NCBI GenBank assembly: GCA_937922945.1
Contig: CAKZUP010000003.1
Coordinates: 6,498-70,497, forward strand
Direction: 5' to 3'
Length of the DNA: 64,000 nt
Source of the DNA: an uncultured Granulosicoccaceae bacterium
GTDB lineage: Bacteria > Pseudomonadota > Gammaproteobacteria > Granulosicoccales > Granulosicoccaceae
The notes beneath the pieces were generated by a model. The model did not search any database and was not told the DNA's origin. It saw nothing but the letters and a program-made list of their open reading frames with translations. Within the stretch, counting starts at the first letter, position 1. Every line of letters starts with the position of its first letter. Below are positions 10,233 through 19,910 of this stretch, piece after piece. The translations under genes and the position numbers were made by a program.

Positions 10233-10670
10233 TTAATTGTCGTTACTGATATCAGCACCGCTACCTTCACCACCCTCGGCACCATCTGCAGCCAACGATA
10301 ACAGGTCGAACGGACCATTCTCACCTGGGCTTACGTAAACGTAGTCGCGACCCCAAGGATCTTTTTTCAACGATTGCAAGTATCCGCCTTCGGTCCAATT
10401 GGCAGGTTCCGGATCGCCTGTGGGCTTTTCTACCAGCGCCTGTAAACCCTGATCGGTTGACGGGTAGGCAAAGTTATCGAGCTTGTACATTTCGAGCGCT
10501 GCTGCGATGCTGCCGATATCGGTTTGCGCGCGAACACGACGTGCTTCATCGGGCCGGCTCATGATTTTAGGCACAACAGCTGCGCCCAGAATGGCAATGA
10601 TCGCAACCACAACCATAATTTCGATGAGGGTAAAACCCGCTTGGCGGTTACGCTTCATACTCTTGACCAT
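10233..10670 (-). CDS. gspG: type II secretion major pseudopilin G
   Basis: ...KRNRQAG|FTLIEIMVVVAIIAILGA, then EMYKLDNFAYPSTDQGLQALVEKP and DPWGRDYVY, which are classical GspG motifs. I chose the ATG at 10670 because GGAGAA lies about 9 nt upstream. The ORF-track start is 10706. Confidence 0.92.
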   Translation of the reverse strand: MVKSMKRNRQAGFTLIEIMVVVAIIAILGAAVVPKIMSRPDEARRVRAQTDIGSIAAALEMYKLDNFAYPSTDQGLQALVEKPTGDPEPANWTEGGYLQSLKKDPWGRDYVYVSPGENGPFDLLSLAADGAEGGEGSGADISNDN

Positions 10671-10814
10671 AACGGTACTTTCTCCAAAAATCCGGTTATA
10701 ACGCATTAAATTCTATCCAAACAAGAATAGCACGGTGATTTGACCCTACAGGCTAATCTCACCCAACACCTTTCAGTAGCGTAAAGTGTGCCGTGTACTA
10801 GTCTCTGACACATA

Positions 10815-11429
10815 ATGAAACTCATAATTCAGCCACTTTTCCGACGCGTCACACAGCCTGCAACCTTGCTGGCGATAGCTATTGGCGCTTTATGCCTGAC
10901 CCTGCAATTACTGGGGCTTGACCAGACGCTGCGATTTGACAGGAGCGCGATCGACTCCGGCGACGTCTGGTTATTGCTCAGTGGTAATTTCGTGCATCTG
11001 GGTTCCAGCCACTTGCTCATGAACATGGCTGGCCTGGCAATGATCGTTGCATTGGTCTGGGCTCGATTCAGCACTATTGAATGGGTGCTTATTATCGTGT
11101 TTTCAAGTCTGGTGGTGGGTGTCGGCCTCTACCTTCGCGACCCGAACGTACTCTGGTATGTGGGTTTCTCCGGCACGCTTCACGGATTAATCATCGCAGG
11201 CTCACTGGCCGACCTGCGTTATTACCCGAAATCTGCGGCTATATTGTTGGTTCTGGTGGTGGGCAAGCTGGTCTGGGAGCAAGTCGCGGGAGCGCTGCCG
11301 GGCAGTGAATCGGTCGCCGGTGGCAGTGTGGTGGTGAACGCACATTTGTATGGCGCAATAGGTGGCGCAGTTATGGGTAGTTTGTTGTTGGTGGTTAGAA
11401 AGTTAGGCGGCCGTGCAGCCTTAATATAG
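10815..11429 (+). CDS. rrtA: rhombosortase (rhomboid-family intramembrane serine protease for GlyGly-CTERM proteins)
   Basis: About 200 aa and all-TM. Motifs seen: FDRSAIDSGDVWLLLSGNFVHLGSSHLLMNMAGL, the GFSGTLHGL catalytic GxSG, and a distal NAHLYGAIGG His. The short length and these motifs fit rhombosortase better than GlpG. Confidence 0.75.
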   Translation: MKLIIQPLFRRVTQPATLLAIAIGALCLTLQLLGLDQTLRFDRSAIDSGDVWLLLSGNFVHLGSSHLLMNMAGLAMIVALVWARFSTIEWVLIIVFSSLVVGVGLYLRDPNVLWYVGFSGTLHGLIIAGSLADLRYYPKSAAILLVLVVGKLVWEQVAGALPGSESVAGGSVVVNAHLYGAIGGAVMGSLLLVVRKLGGRAALI

Positions 11430-11497
11430 TTCAGCGCTGATGCAGCACCGTAAGCCCTCACTTCAACCACATCAGAACCCGAGCGCTTGTTATAGGG

Positions 11498-12079
11498 TTA
11501 GAAAAATTTCACGGAGGAGAATATAAGATCTACCTCTTCTGGTGTAAGGCCAAAGCAAAAAATGCTGTGCGTGTAGCTATCTTGATAGGCCAGCAAATTA
11601 TAAATTGGCGTGTCTTCTAAATAGAGCGTGCCTTCAATTCTTGCCATGTCCGTTCCATTAACATCAATAAAGGCTGTTTTCAGGCTGGAGTCTTCGTTGT
11701 AGTAGACGTAGGCCTCATCGATAACTTGCGCAAGACTTTTTTCAGGTTCTAAAGCAGATACTAAAGTGCAATTGTTCTTTCCACCGCTTTCGTTGATTCC
11801 GGGGGCCAGGAATTGGGCCTCAACGTCCTCTATGCTTGTATTCAACGTCCAGGTAGCAGGGTAATCCAGTTGCAAAAATGAGGTTGAATAGGACACGACC
11901 TCTCTGTTTTGTGCCGTATCGCCAAGGGGTGCGTTGGAGCTATCGAGCTCGGCCACATCAACGTTCTGCGTTCCACCGTTTTGCTCAGTAGAGCTGCTTC
12001 CACTGCTGCTGCAACCAACAATAACGCTGAACACGACAAGAAACCATAGCCGAGTGATTATTCTACTTATATGCTGCAT
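11498..12079 (-). CDS. hypothetical lipoprotein
   Basis: Signal peptide plus lipobox (VFSVIVG|CSSSGSSS). The ATG at 12079 is preferred over the upstream alternative. No family was recognised. Confidence 0.6.
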   Translation of the reverse strand: MQHISRIITRLWFLVVFSVIVGCSSSGSSSTEQNGGTQNVDVAELDSSNAPLGDTAQNREVVSYSTSFLQLDYPATWTLNTSIEDVEAQFLAPGINESGGKNNCTLVSALEPEKSLAQVIDEAYVYYNEDSSLKTAFIDVNGTDMARIEGTLYLEDTPIYNLLAYQDSYTHSIFCFGLTPEEVDLIFSSVKFF

Positions 12080-12270
12080 GAGATTAACTCCTTGTCTTAC
12101 CATCCGCTGTAAAAACAGTTCAGTAGATTAATGAGAACGCTGAGCTTGTTATCCTTGTGCGCAGCGCTTTAACGGTTCTGATACACGGTAGCAGTATAAG
12201 TTAGTGAGTTTTCTATGGATAGTTAGGACTTTCCCTAGTACAGCTTTTACTCAGATTATCAGTTAAGCAA

Positions 12271-12615
12271 TCAACTCATTGGGCCGGGATTAACGTAAAC
12301 CAGCACATCATCGTTAAGCTTTGATTGCTCTGCAGCCAACTGAATTAACGACTTACAGGGCAGAACGTCTTCATTGCTGACAGAGCGAACCCAGATAACA
12401 TCATCGATTTCAGCCAGTCCGGCCACTTGGCCAACCTGACGTGGTGAATCTTCGCCAACGGTTGAAACAAATTTCATTTCACGCTCAATGGTCAGCTTCA
12501 GACGTCTGGCACAATCATAGAAACGATTTTTCATTTCTACACTATCGGGCGACATCAACTTAATGGCGATACGATTGTTCTGCGCCTTCGATTTTCCTTG
12601 AACTTCTTTTGCCAT
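12271..12615 (-). CDS. hypothetical protein (about 114 aa, no recognisable family)
   Basis: It is the only sizeable ORF in the 575-bp interval downstream of recG and runs in the same direction. The ATG at 12615 is preferred to the TTG at 12624. Confidence 0.4.
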   Translation of the reverse strand: MAKEVQGKSKAQNNRIAIKLMSPDSVEMKNRFYDCARRLKLTIEREMKFVSTVGEDSPRQVGQVAGLAEIDDVIWVRSVSNEDVLPCKSLIQLAAEQSKLNDDVLVYVNPGPMS

Positions 12616-12679
12616 GTTGATCAATTGTGCCTGTTTAACTGTGACCGTTCATTGCTCGCACCTCGCCATCCAGCGCGAA

Positions 12680-14773
12680 CTAGACTCCACCATAATCTTT
12701 ACGCTCCTCGCCAATCCATCGACGAATAAGCCCTTTTACATTGTCTGGTAAATGAGCCAGTAAATGATCACCAATATCACTTACTGTATCCAGCATATCG
12801 CTGTCGCGGCCCAGCTCGGCAATTCGGAATTCTGCTAGTCCGGTCTGCCGTGTGCCCAGCACTTCTCCAGCACCACGCAGATCCAGATCTTTCTGCGCGA
12901 TCACGAATCCGTCGTTGGTCTTACGCATGATACTGATTCGCTCCTTCGCATTCTGTGACAGAGGCGCCTGATACAACAAAATACATGAACTTTGGGCACT
13001 TCCCCGGCCCACACGGCCACGGAGCTGGTGTAACTGCGAAAGGCCCAGCCGTTCCGCATTTTCGATGATCATCAGTGACGCATTTGGCACATCAACCCCA
13101 ACCTCAATCACAGTTGTGGCAACCAGCAAATCCAGCTCTTGCGCTTTGAACTGCTGCATGATGGCGTCTTTGTCGCGCGATTTGAGCCTGCCATGAACCA
13201 GTCCTATGCGGCTCTCGGGCAACAGCTCCTGAAGCATGGCAATGGCATCTTCGGCGGCTTCGGCCTGCAAACTTTCCGATTCCTCTATTAATGTGCAGAC
13301 CCAGTACACTTGCCGCCCCTCCGCAATCGCCTTCGCCACGCCTGACACCACCTCACCGCGCCGCGCAGATTCCACTGCAACGGTCTTTACAGGTTTTCGT
13401 CCCGGTGGCAATTCGTCAATGATGGAGCAATCAAGATCGGCATAGGCTGTCATGGCAAGCGTGCGCGGAATCGGCGTGGCGGTCATGATCAATTGGTGTG
13501 GCAGGCTGGTTTCGCTCGCACCTTTATTACGCAGCGCCATTCGCTGATGCACACCGAATCGGTGCTGTTCATCGATGATGGCTAAACCAAGATTTTCAAA
13601 TACGACATCGTTTTGAAACAGCGCATGCGTTCCAACAACAATGCGTTGCTGCCCCATGGCAACCGATTCGATGGCACTGCGTCTTTGCGCGACACGCAAC
13701 TTGCCCGACAACCAACCCACTGAAATGCCGAGCGATTCAAACCAGTCACTAAAATTCAGCAGGTGTTGTTCTGCTAATATTTCCGTTGGTGCCATCAGAG
13801 CAACCTGATAACCGGCAGACACCGCATTCGCAGCAGCCAAAGCCGCAACAATGGTTTTACCCGCGCCAACATCACCCTGTACCAGACGCAACATGGGCTC
13901 GCCGGTTGCCATATTGGCCAGCACTTCATCCAACACCCGTTGTTGAGCATCGGTTAATGTAAAACTTAAGCTTGCCTGAAGTTGCTCTGCCAGCGCTGAA
14001 TTGACCGGTATAACCGGAGCTGTGTTGCGTTGAGCCTGCACACGCAATAATCGCAAACCAAGCCGGTGGGCAATAAGTTCTTCTAAAGCAAGACGCCGAT
14101 GGGCCGGGTGCAGACCAGACATCAATGCCTCTACGTCGGCCCCGGGGGTGGGTCTGTGTACCATTTTCAACGCACTGACCAAATCCGGCAAATTCGACTC
14201 GCGCAGCAGCTCACCCGGAATCCAATCCACCAGTTCATGCTGTTCAAGCATGCTCAGGGCTTGATCGCTGAGTTTGCGCAGCGTGGGTTGTTGCACGCCT
14301 TCAGTGGTTGGATAAAACGGCGTTAGTGTTTCCTCTAGTGCGGCGCCCTGAGATTGCAACCGGTATTCCGGATGCACCATTTCAAGCATTGCCGGGCCTC
14401 GCCTGACTTCACCAAAACATTGCAAACGCTTACCAGGCTCAAACTGTTTGACTTGCTGCTGACTAAAATGAAAAAAGCGCAGCATGAGTGAACCAGTACC
14501 ATCGTTCACTCGCACCAACAATGATCGTCTTTTTCTAAACACCACATCGGCAATAACCACTTCCGCGGCAATTACCGCTTCGCTGCCCGGCCTAAGCGTA
14601 CCGATTTGAGCCAGCTGAGTTCTATCCTGATAACGGAACGGTAAGTGGAAAAGCACATCTTGCACGTTGTGCATTCCCAACGGCGCAAGTTTTTCAGCAA
14701 CCGACGCACCAACACCTTTAAGCTTGGTTAAAGGCACCGTATCCAGTGCTGGCCGCTCGGTTGTGCTTACCAT
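12680..14773 (-). CDS. recG: ATP-dependent DNA helicase RecG
   Basis: 697 aa with wedge domain, Walker A (GDVGAGKT), DEQHRFGV, TATPIPRT and QLHQLRGRVGRG motifs. Confidence 0.97.
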   Translation of the reverse strand: MVSTTERPALDTVPLTKLKGVGASVAEKLAPLGMHNVQDVLFHLPFRYQDRTQLAQIGTLRPGSEAVIAAEVVIADVVFRKRRSLLVRVNDGTGSLMLRFFHFSQQQVKQFEPGKRLQCFGEVRRGPAMLEMVHPEYRLQSQGAALEETLTPFYPTTEGVQQPTLRKLSDQALSMLEQHELVDWIPGELLRESNLPDLVSALKMVHRPTPGADVEALMSGLHPAHRRLALEELIAHRLGLRLLRVQAQRNTAPVIPVNSALAEQLQASLSFTLTDAQQRVLDEVLANMATGEPMLRLVQGDVGAGKTIVAALAAANAVSAGYQVALMAPTEILAEQHLLNFSDWFESLGISVGWLSGKLRVAQRRSAIESVAMGQQRIVVGTHALFQNDVVFENLGLAIIDEQHRFGVHQRMALRNKGASETSLPHQLIMTATPIPRTLAMTAYADLDCSIIDELPPGRKPVKTVAVESARRGEVVSGVAKAIAEGRQVYWVCTLIEESESLQAEAAEDAIAMLQELLPESRIGLVHGRLKSRDKDAIMQQFKAQELDLLVATTVIEVGVDVPNASLMIIENAERLGLSQLHQLRGRVGRGSAQSSCILLYQAPLSQNAKERISIMRKTNDGFVIAQKDLDLRGAGEVLGTRQTGLAEFRIAELGRDSDMLDTVSDIGDHLLAHLPDNVKGLIRRWIGEERKDYGGV

Positions 14774-14867
14774 GTTTATTTATGTATTAAACGCAGGTGT
14801 TATACAGTCGTTTGCGTGTCATTGGTTATCCAATGCCTTTAACAACAAACGACGATGACACAAAACT

Positions 14868-15254
14868 CTATTTATCAATGTGCATAATGCCTTCAACTTC
14901 AACGGCCACGCCCTTGGGCAATGCAGCAACACCTATCGCTGCACGCGCAGGATATGGTTCGTCGAAGTGCTCAGCCATTACTTCATTAACAATGGGGAAA
15001 TGCGCAAGATCGGGCAGAAAGACATTTAACTTAACGACATCTTCAAAGCCACCACCGGCTGCCTCACAAACGGCTTTCAGGTTTTTAAAAACCTGCACAA
15101 CCTGATCTCGTGGATCGTCGCTGACCACTTCCATAGTGACCGGATCGAGTGGTATTTGTCCTGATAGATAAACGGTGGGCCCACACTTTACGGCCTGAGA
15201 ATAAGCACCTATAGCGCCCGGTGCGTCTTTGGTTGATACGATTTGTCTGGCCAT
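14868..15254 (-). CDS. ridA: RidA/YjgF-family reactive-intermediate deaminase
   Basis: 128 aa. [12 protein letters not shown]..., GQIPLDP and [20 protein letters not shown] are typical RidA motifs. Confidence 0.9.
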   Translation of the reverse strand: MARQIVSTKDAPGAIGAYSQAVKCGPTVYLSGQIPLDPVTMEVVSDDPRDQVVQVFKNLKAVCEAAGGGFEDVVKLNVFLPDLAHFPIVNEVMAEHFDEPYPARAAIGVAALPKGVAVEVEGIMHIDK

Positions 15255-15323
15255 GGAGATTCGCCCGTTGAGTTGATATACGAATAGTTACAGTATACCC
15301 AACCAACAACCAGCACAGACTAA

Positions 15324-17519
15324 TTAACGATTGCGGTTAACGCCCCGAACTACGGTGAGATTACGCAGGCGGCGAATAATGCGCGCCAGATGTTTACGAT
15401 CAACCACTGATAACACAAACCGGATTTGGATATTGCCTTCGCCACGGTTGTTGAAATCCATATTTTCTATATTGACGTTCATCAGCGACATGGTTGATGT
15501 GATTCTGGCCAATGCGCCTGGCTGATTAACCAGATGCACAATTATTTCAGCTTCGAACGCATCTGCAATATCTGGCCCCCAGTCAACCGCCACCCATTCT
15601 TTAGGCCGACGACGATAACGGGACACGTTTCTGCACCCTGCCCTATGTACAGCAATACCTTTACCGGCAGTAATCAAACCGTGAACACTATCACCGGGAA
15701 TGGGGCAACAGCACTTGGACAAGCTGAGCACCGAACCCTCACGACCTTCTATTATCAAAGGTTGTGTGTCACGCACCGGCATTTGCGGCTGACCGGCATT
15801 GTCACCGTTCTTCTTTGACACTAGCCGTTCAGCAATATGGCTTGGCAGGTGGTGCCCAAGACCAACATCGAGGTATAGCTCTTCTTGGGTTTTGAAACCG
15901 AATTCAGCCAGCAACGATGGCATGGCTTTCTCTGTGATGCTAAGCGGTGTTTCGTCGTACCGACCCAATGCACGCTTGACCAGACGCTCGCCAAATTCCA
16001 CCGCTTTGGATTTATCCATTTGCCGCAAGTAGTGTCGTATTGCAGTGCGCGCCTTCGATGTGACAACGAAATTCAACCACATTGGACTGGGCGTGGTGTT
16101 CAGACCGGTAATAATTTCAACTGTCTGGCCAGACTCCAATGGCACGCTTAACGAGGACTGATTGCGATCTACTTTTGCAGAAACGCAGGAGTTACCAATC
16201 TGTGAATGCACAGCGTAGGCAAAATCAACGGGGGTGGCCTTGGCCGGCAATTCGATAATTTTGCCTTTGGGTGTAAACACGTAAATATCGCTTGGCAGGA
16301 GTTCGCCTTTCACGCTCTCAACAAACTCCAGCGTATCAGCGGTATTACTCTGCATATCGATGAGCGTGTTCAACCAGAATTGAGCATGATGCTCATACGC
16401 ATCGTTTTCTTTGCCTTCTTTATAGGCCCAGTGGGCAGCGATGCCGGCTTCAGCAAACTCGTCCATTTCACGCGTGCGTATCTGCACCTCTACCGGAATA
16501 CCATCGGGGTATTTCAGCACCGTGTGCAACGACTGATAACCGTTTTCTTTGGGTTTGGCGATATAGTCTTTAAACCGCGAAAAAATAGGTGTGTAAAGTT
16601 GATGCACGATGCCAAGTACGCGATAGCAATCATCAATGTCTTCGACGACAACGCGCAACGCAAACATGTCGAACACTTCCTGAAAGGAGAGCTGCTTTCG
16701 CTGCATTTTCCGGTATAAACCAAACAGGTGCTTCTCTCTACCGGTAACGCTTGCACTTATACCCTTGGCGCGTAAGTTTGTGAGTATATGATTTTCAATT
16801 TTACTGACAACATGATTACGATTACGGTGCGACTGACGTACCTTGGCACCGAGCACTCGACTTCGCCCCGGATAACAACATTCAAAACCAATATCTTCCA
16901 GCTCGTTTTTAATTTTGAACATGCCTAAACGGCCGGCAATAGGTGCGTACACGTCGAGAGTTTCACGCCCTATGCGCTGTTGCCTTGCACGGGACAAAAC
17001 ACCAATGGTTCGCATGTTGTGTAACCGATCAGCAAGCTTGATAAGGATAACGCGTATGTCGGATACCATCGCCAGCAGCATTTTCCGGAAACTCTCTGCC
17101 TGCGCTTCTTCTTTGGATTTGAATTCAAGATAATTCAGTTTACTCAGGCCGTCGACAATCGCTGTGATTTCATCGCCAAACGTTTCCACAAGATCGTTCC
17201 TTGTGGTGCTGGTATCTTCCAGCACATCGTGCAGCAACGCCGCCATAACGCTTTGGTAGTCAAGCTGCATATCAAGAACAATATGGGCAACGCTTATCGG
17301 ATGAGTTATGTAGGGTTCGCCCGAACTGCGTGTTTGGTTTGCGTGGGCGTCGAAGGCAACCGTGTAGGCCTTCTCTACCTGCTGTATTTCTTCAGCCGAA
17401 AAAATCGGTTCCATTCTGTCGAGCAGTTTTTTCAGCGCGACTTCTGTGATCTGCGCTTTGTCTACGACATCGGCGACGGTCGCGCTGGGAGTTGAATTAG
17501 AAGGTAAAGATGAGGCCAT
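15324..17519 (-). CDS. spoT: bifunctional (p)ppGpp synthetase / guanosine-3',5'-bis(diphosphate) 3'-pyrophosphohydrolase
   Basis: 731 aa with HD domain (HPISVA...LHDVLEDT), RelA/SpoT synthetase domain, and TGS and ACT regions. It lies downstream of rpoZ, as in the gmk-rpoZ-spoT operon. Confidence 0.93.
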   Translation of the reverse strand: MASSLPSNSTPSATVADVVDKAQITEVALKKLLDRMEPIFSAEEIQQVEKAYTVAFDAHANQTRSSGEPYITHPISVAHIVLDMQLDYQSVMAALLHDVLEDTSTTRNDLVETFGDEITAIVDGLSKLNYLEFKSKEEAQAESFRKMLLAMVSDIRVILIKLADRLHNMRTIGVLSRARQQRIGRETLDVYAPIAGRLGMFKIKNELEDIGFECCYPGRSRVLGAKVRQSHRNRNHVVSKIENHILTNLRAKGISASVTGREKHLFGLYRKMQRKQLSFQEVFDMFALRVVVEDIDDCYRVLGIVHQLYTPIFSRFKDYIAKPKENGYQSLHTVLKYPDGIPVEVQIRTREMDEFAEAGIAAHWAYKEGKENDAYEHHAQFWLNTLIDMQSNTADTLEFVESVKGELLPSDIYVFTPKGKIIELPAKATPVDFAYAVHSQIGNSCVSAKVDRNQSSLSVPLESGQTVEIITGLNTTPSPMWLNFVVTSKARTAIRHYLRQMDKSKAVEFGERLVKRALGRYDETPLSITEKAMPSLLAEFGFKTQEELYLDVGLGHHLPSHIAERLVSKKNGDNAGQPQMPVRDTQPLIIEGREGSVLSLSKCCCPIPGDSVHGLITAGKGIAVHRAGCRNVSRYRRRPKEWVAVDWGPDIADAFEAEIIVHLVNQPGALARITSTMSLMNVNIENMDFNNRGEGNIQIRFVLSVVDRKHLARIIRRLRNLTVVRGVNRNR

Positions 17520-17563
17520 GAGTACTAAAGCCAGACACGCGTTTGCCGAGCTTGCGAACCCAT

Positions 17564-17616
17564 CTGCACGCAGTTGACAGGCCTGCCCACAAGGCCGCTG
17601 ACTGGGCTGCGTGCAG
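17564..17616. other. 10-bp perfect-stem hairpin (CTGCACGCAG ... CTGCGTGCAG) with a nested GGCC...GGCC stem, between rpoZ and spoT
   Basis: Read directly from the sequence. The two arms are exact reverse complements. Confidence 0.7.
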
Positions 17617-17657
17617 AACCGGGAACTGGCACTATGCCCTGAAAGGGCTTGAGAGCA

Positions 17658-17921
17658 TTAGAAATCGGTTCGCAGATCTTTGTCATAAATGGCGGGTTCA
17701 ATCGGTGCAGGCGGTGGCGTGGGCGCTTCTTTGAGGATATCTTCACCAATTAACCCATCGGCTATTTCACGCAACGCGATAACAGTAGGCTTGTCGTTGT
17801 CTGCCGGCAACATGGGTTCTGCACCCATGGAAATGTTGCGAGCTCGCTTGGACGCAATGAGTACAAGGTCGAATCGGTTGTTCACGTGCTCTAGACTATC
17901 TTCAACAGTAACGCGTGCCAT
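17658..17921 (-). CDS. rpoZ: DNA-directed RNA polymerase subunit omega
   Basis: [28 protein letters not shown] is the canonical RpoZ N-terminus. Confidence 0.97.
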   Translation of the reverse strand: MARVTVEDSLEHVNNRFDLVLIASKRARNISMGAEPMLPADNDKPTVIALREIADGLIGEDILKEAPTPPPAPIEPAIYDKDLRTDF

Positions 17922-18054
17922 GGAGGGCTACCTGCGGTGTAATTATGGTTAACTTTAGTTTAGTGGCATAGACTCGCAAACACCAGACCAATACCTGTCA
18001 AATTGCGTTACTTTGCGGCAAATGCGTCGTGACAGTGGAACAAATGTGATGCCC

Positions 18055-18675
18055 TCAGCGCGTAAGACTGGTTATCAGGCCTGCATGCCGCAATGCCTGG
18101 CGCGATTTAGTCACTCGATAAGACAAAATAACCGCCTTGAGCTCCATTAGTGCCTGATCAAAATTATCGTTTATTATCAGATAGTCAGCTCGATGATATT
18201 GCTGCATTTCAGCAACCGCTTCGTTAGTTCGCCGCTCAATCACCTCGTCGCTGTCCTGACCACGACCTTTCAATCGCTCTATAAGTGTTGCTCTGGAGGG
18301 CGGTAGTATAAAAACCGATACAACATCATCGAGTTTTTGTCTTACCTGAGCAGCCCCCTGCCAGTCAATTTCTAGAATGACATCGCTGCCATCGGAGAGG
18401 TTCTGCTGGACTGCCCCCAGGCTGGTGCCGTAATAGTTTCCAAAAACTTCCGCGTATTCAAGGAATTGATCGGCTTCCACCATCTGCTCAAACGCGGCGC
18501 GATCGGTAAAAAAATAGTCCTTACCGTCGGTTTCGCCCGGACGCATGCCACGAGTGGTGTGCGAAATGGAGACACCGACGTTGTCCAGATCTGCGATCAC
18601 GCGCTGGACTAAGCTTGTCTTACCTGCTCCCGATGGTGCAGAAACAATAAATAACTGAGCTTGGCTGGTACCCAT
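18055..18675 (-). CDS. gmk: guanylate kinase
   Basis: LFIVSAPSGAGKTSL P-loop, SHTTRGMRPGE and YYGT motifs. The ATG at 18675 is preferred to 18693. Confidence 0.95.
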   Translation of the reverse strand: MGTSQAQLFIVSAPSGAGKTSLVQRVIADLDNVGVSISHTTRGMRPGETDGKDYFFTDRAAFEQMVEADQFLEYAEVFGNYYGTSLGAVQQNLSDGSDVILEIDWQGAAQVRQKLDDVVSVFILPPSRATLIERLKGRGQDSDEVIERRTNEAVAEMQQYHRADYLIINDNFDQALMELKAVILSYRVTKSRQALRHAGLITSLTR

Positions 18676-18743
18676 GGCGAACCTGTTTGGCATTATCGGT
18701 AACAGTTACTATAGCGGCTTTACGCGAAAGCTGACGCGCTCAC

Positions 18744-19760
18744 ATGCCCAAGCCCCTCATTTCGGTTTTGATGCCGGTTCATGCATTCACCCCGTTCACT
18801 CAGATTGCGGTGCGCAGTGTGCTGGCTCAATCCCACAGCGAGCTCGAATTGCTGATTATCGGTAAAGAAGATTCACCGATGCTGGCCAAGCAACTGCCCG
18901 ATGATGGTCGCATTCGCGTTGTGCCGCGCAATGCAGCCGGTATTGTGGGCGCGCTTAATACCGGATTACCCCTGTGTAACGGTGACTATATAGCGCGCAT
19001 GGACAGCGACGATGTGTGTAACGTGAATCGACTCGACACACAGCTCGCCTTTGCCCACAAACACCCCAATGTTGGACTTATCGCCAGCCGAGTTTGCATC
19101 TTTAGCGATGCAGAACCCGTTGGCAACGGCAACAAACAATACGAGCGGTGGTTGAATTCACTGACAACACCTGAGCACATTCAGCAAGCGTGTTTAATCG
19201 AATCGCCCATGCCTCACCCCAGTTTGTTTGCCCACAGAGATTACTGGGCGCGCATGCAGGGTTATCGTGACAACGATTGGCCAGAGGATTACGATTTAAT
19301 ATTGCGTACCTGGCTGGCAAACATACCCATGGCAAAACCCGATGCTGTGCTACTGAATTGGCGTGAGCACCCACAACGCCTGACCCGCACCGATACGCGT
19401 TATGACCGACAAGCCTTTATTCGCGCGAAGGCCTGGGCACTGACTCGGCCCGAATCCGGTTTGAATTTAGATCATGGTCGCAGCGTCTGGATTTGCGGTA
19501 CCGGTCGAAATGCGCGTTACTGGCATGATGCTCTGGCTGAACGCCACGTCCCCGTTCTGGGTTTCGTTGAATTAGACAACGTAAAGCAGAAAAAACAAAA
19601 ACGTCATTTACCCGTGATTAACTACAAGACACTGGCAAGCGCAAAAGCAGATGCGCTGGTCGTGAGTGCCATTAGTGGCACGCTTGCACGCAAGGCTTTA
19701 ACCAATTGGTTTGAGGAGCAAAACATGCAGGCCAATCAGGATTTCGTGCTGGGCGGATGA
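18744..19760 (+). CDS. family 2 glycosyltransferase with extra C-terminal Rossmann-like segment
   Basis: ISVLMPVHAF...AVRSVLAQSH..ELLIIG and ARMDSDD (DxD) are GT2 motifs. The C-terminal roughly 100 aa (VWICGTGRNARYW...VLGFVELD) are additional. Confidence 0.75.
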   Translation: MPKPLISVLMPVHAFTPFTQIAVRSVLAQSHSELELLIIGKEDSPMLAKQLPDDGRIRVVPRNAAGIVGALNTGLPLCNGDYIARMDSDDVCNVNRLDTQLAFAHKHPNVGLIASRVCIFSDAEPVGNGNKQYERWLNSLTTPEHIQQACLIESPMPHPSLFAHRDYWARMQGYRDNDWPEDYDLILRTWLANIPMAKPDAVLLNWREHPQRLTRTDTRYDRQAFIRAKAWALTRPESGLNLDHGRSVWICGTGRNARYWHDALAERHVPVLGFVELDNVKQKKQKRHLPVINYKTLASAKADALVVSAISGTLARKALTNWFEEQNMQANQDFVLGG

Positions 19761-19910
19761 GGCAGGACTAAAACAAATGAGAACTCTGCCAACAATAACG
19801 CAAGCCACTTACTCACCTGTTCGGCTATTCTGTCGTTTTCGCCTAATATAACCAGCACAAGCGTTACTCGCTTAAACAACGGCACCAACCACGCTAAGTT
19901 GAGAACAAGT

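Noticed and set aside
16206-16718. 170-aa ORF antisense to spoT. Similar long antisense or shadow ORFs occur at 38331-38777 in SulP, 46588-47052 in sucB, 62374-62820 in the ABC ATPase, 40797-41225 in the DMT gene and 22638-23006 in the ACAD gene.
   Set aside because: Each lies fully inside a strongly supported gene on the opposite strand or in another frame. Their composition is skewed and low-complexity (Arg/Ser/Pro/Ala-rich), as expected for out-of-frame reading. None shows a recognisable motif.
17525-17749. 74-aa ORF between spoT and rpoZ, overlapping the rpoZ 3' end.
   Set aside because: It overlaps rpoZ out of frame and has Arg/Pro-rich composition. The spacer is better explained by the hairpin at 17564-17616.
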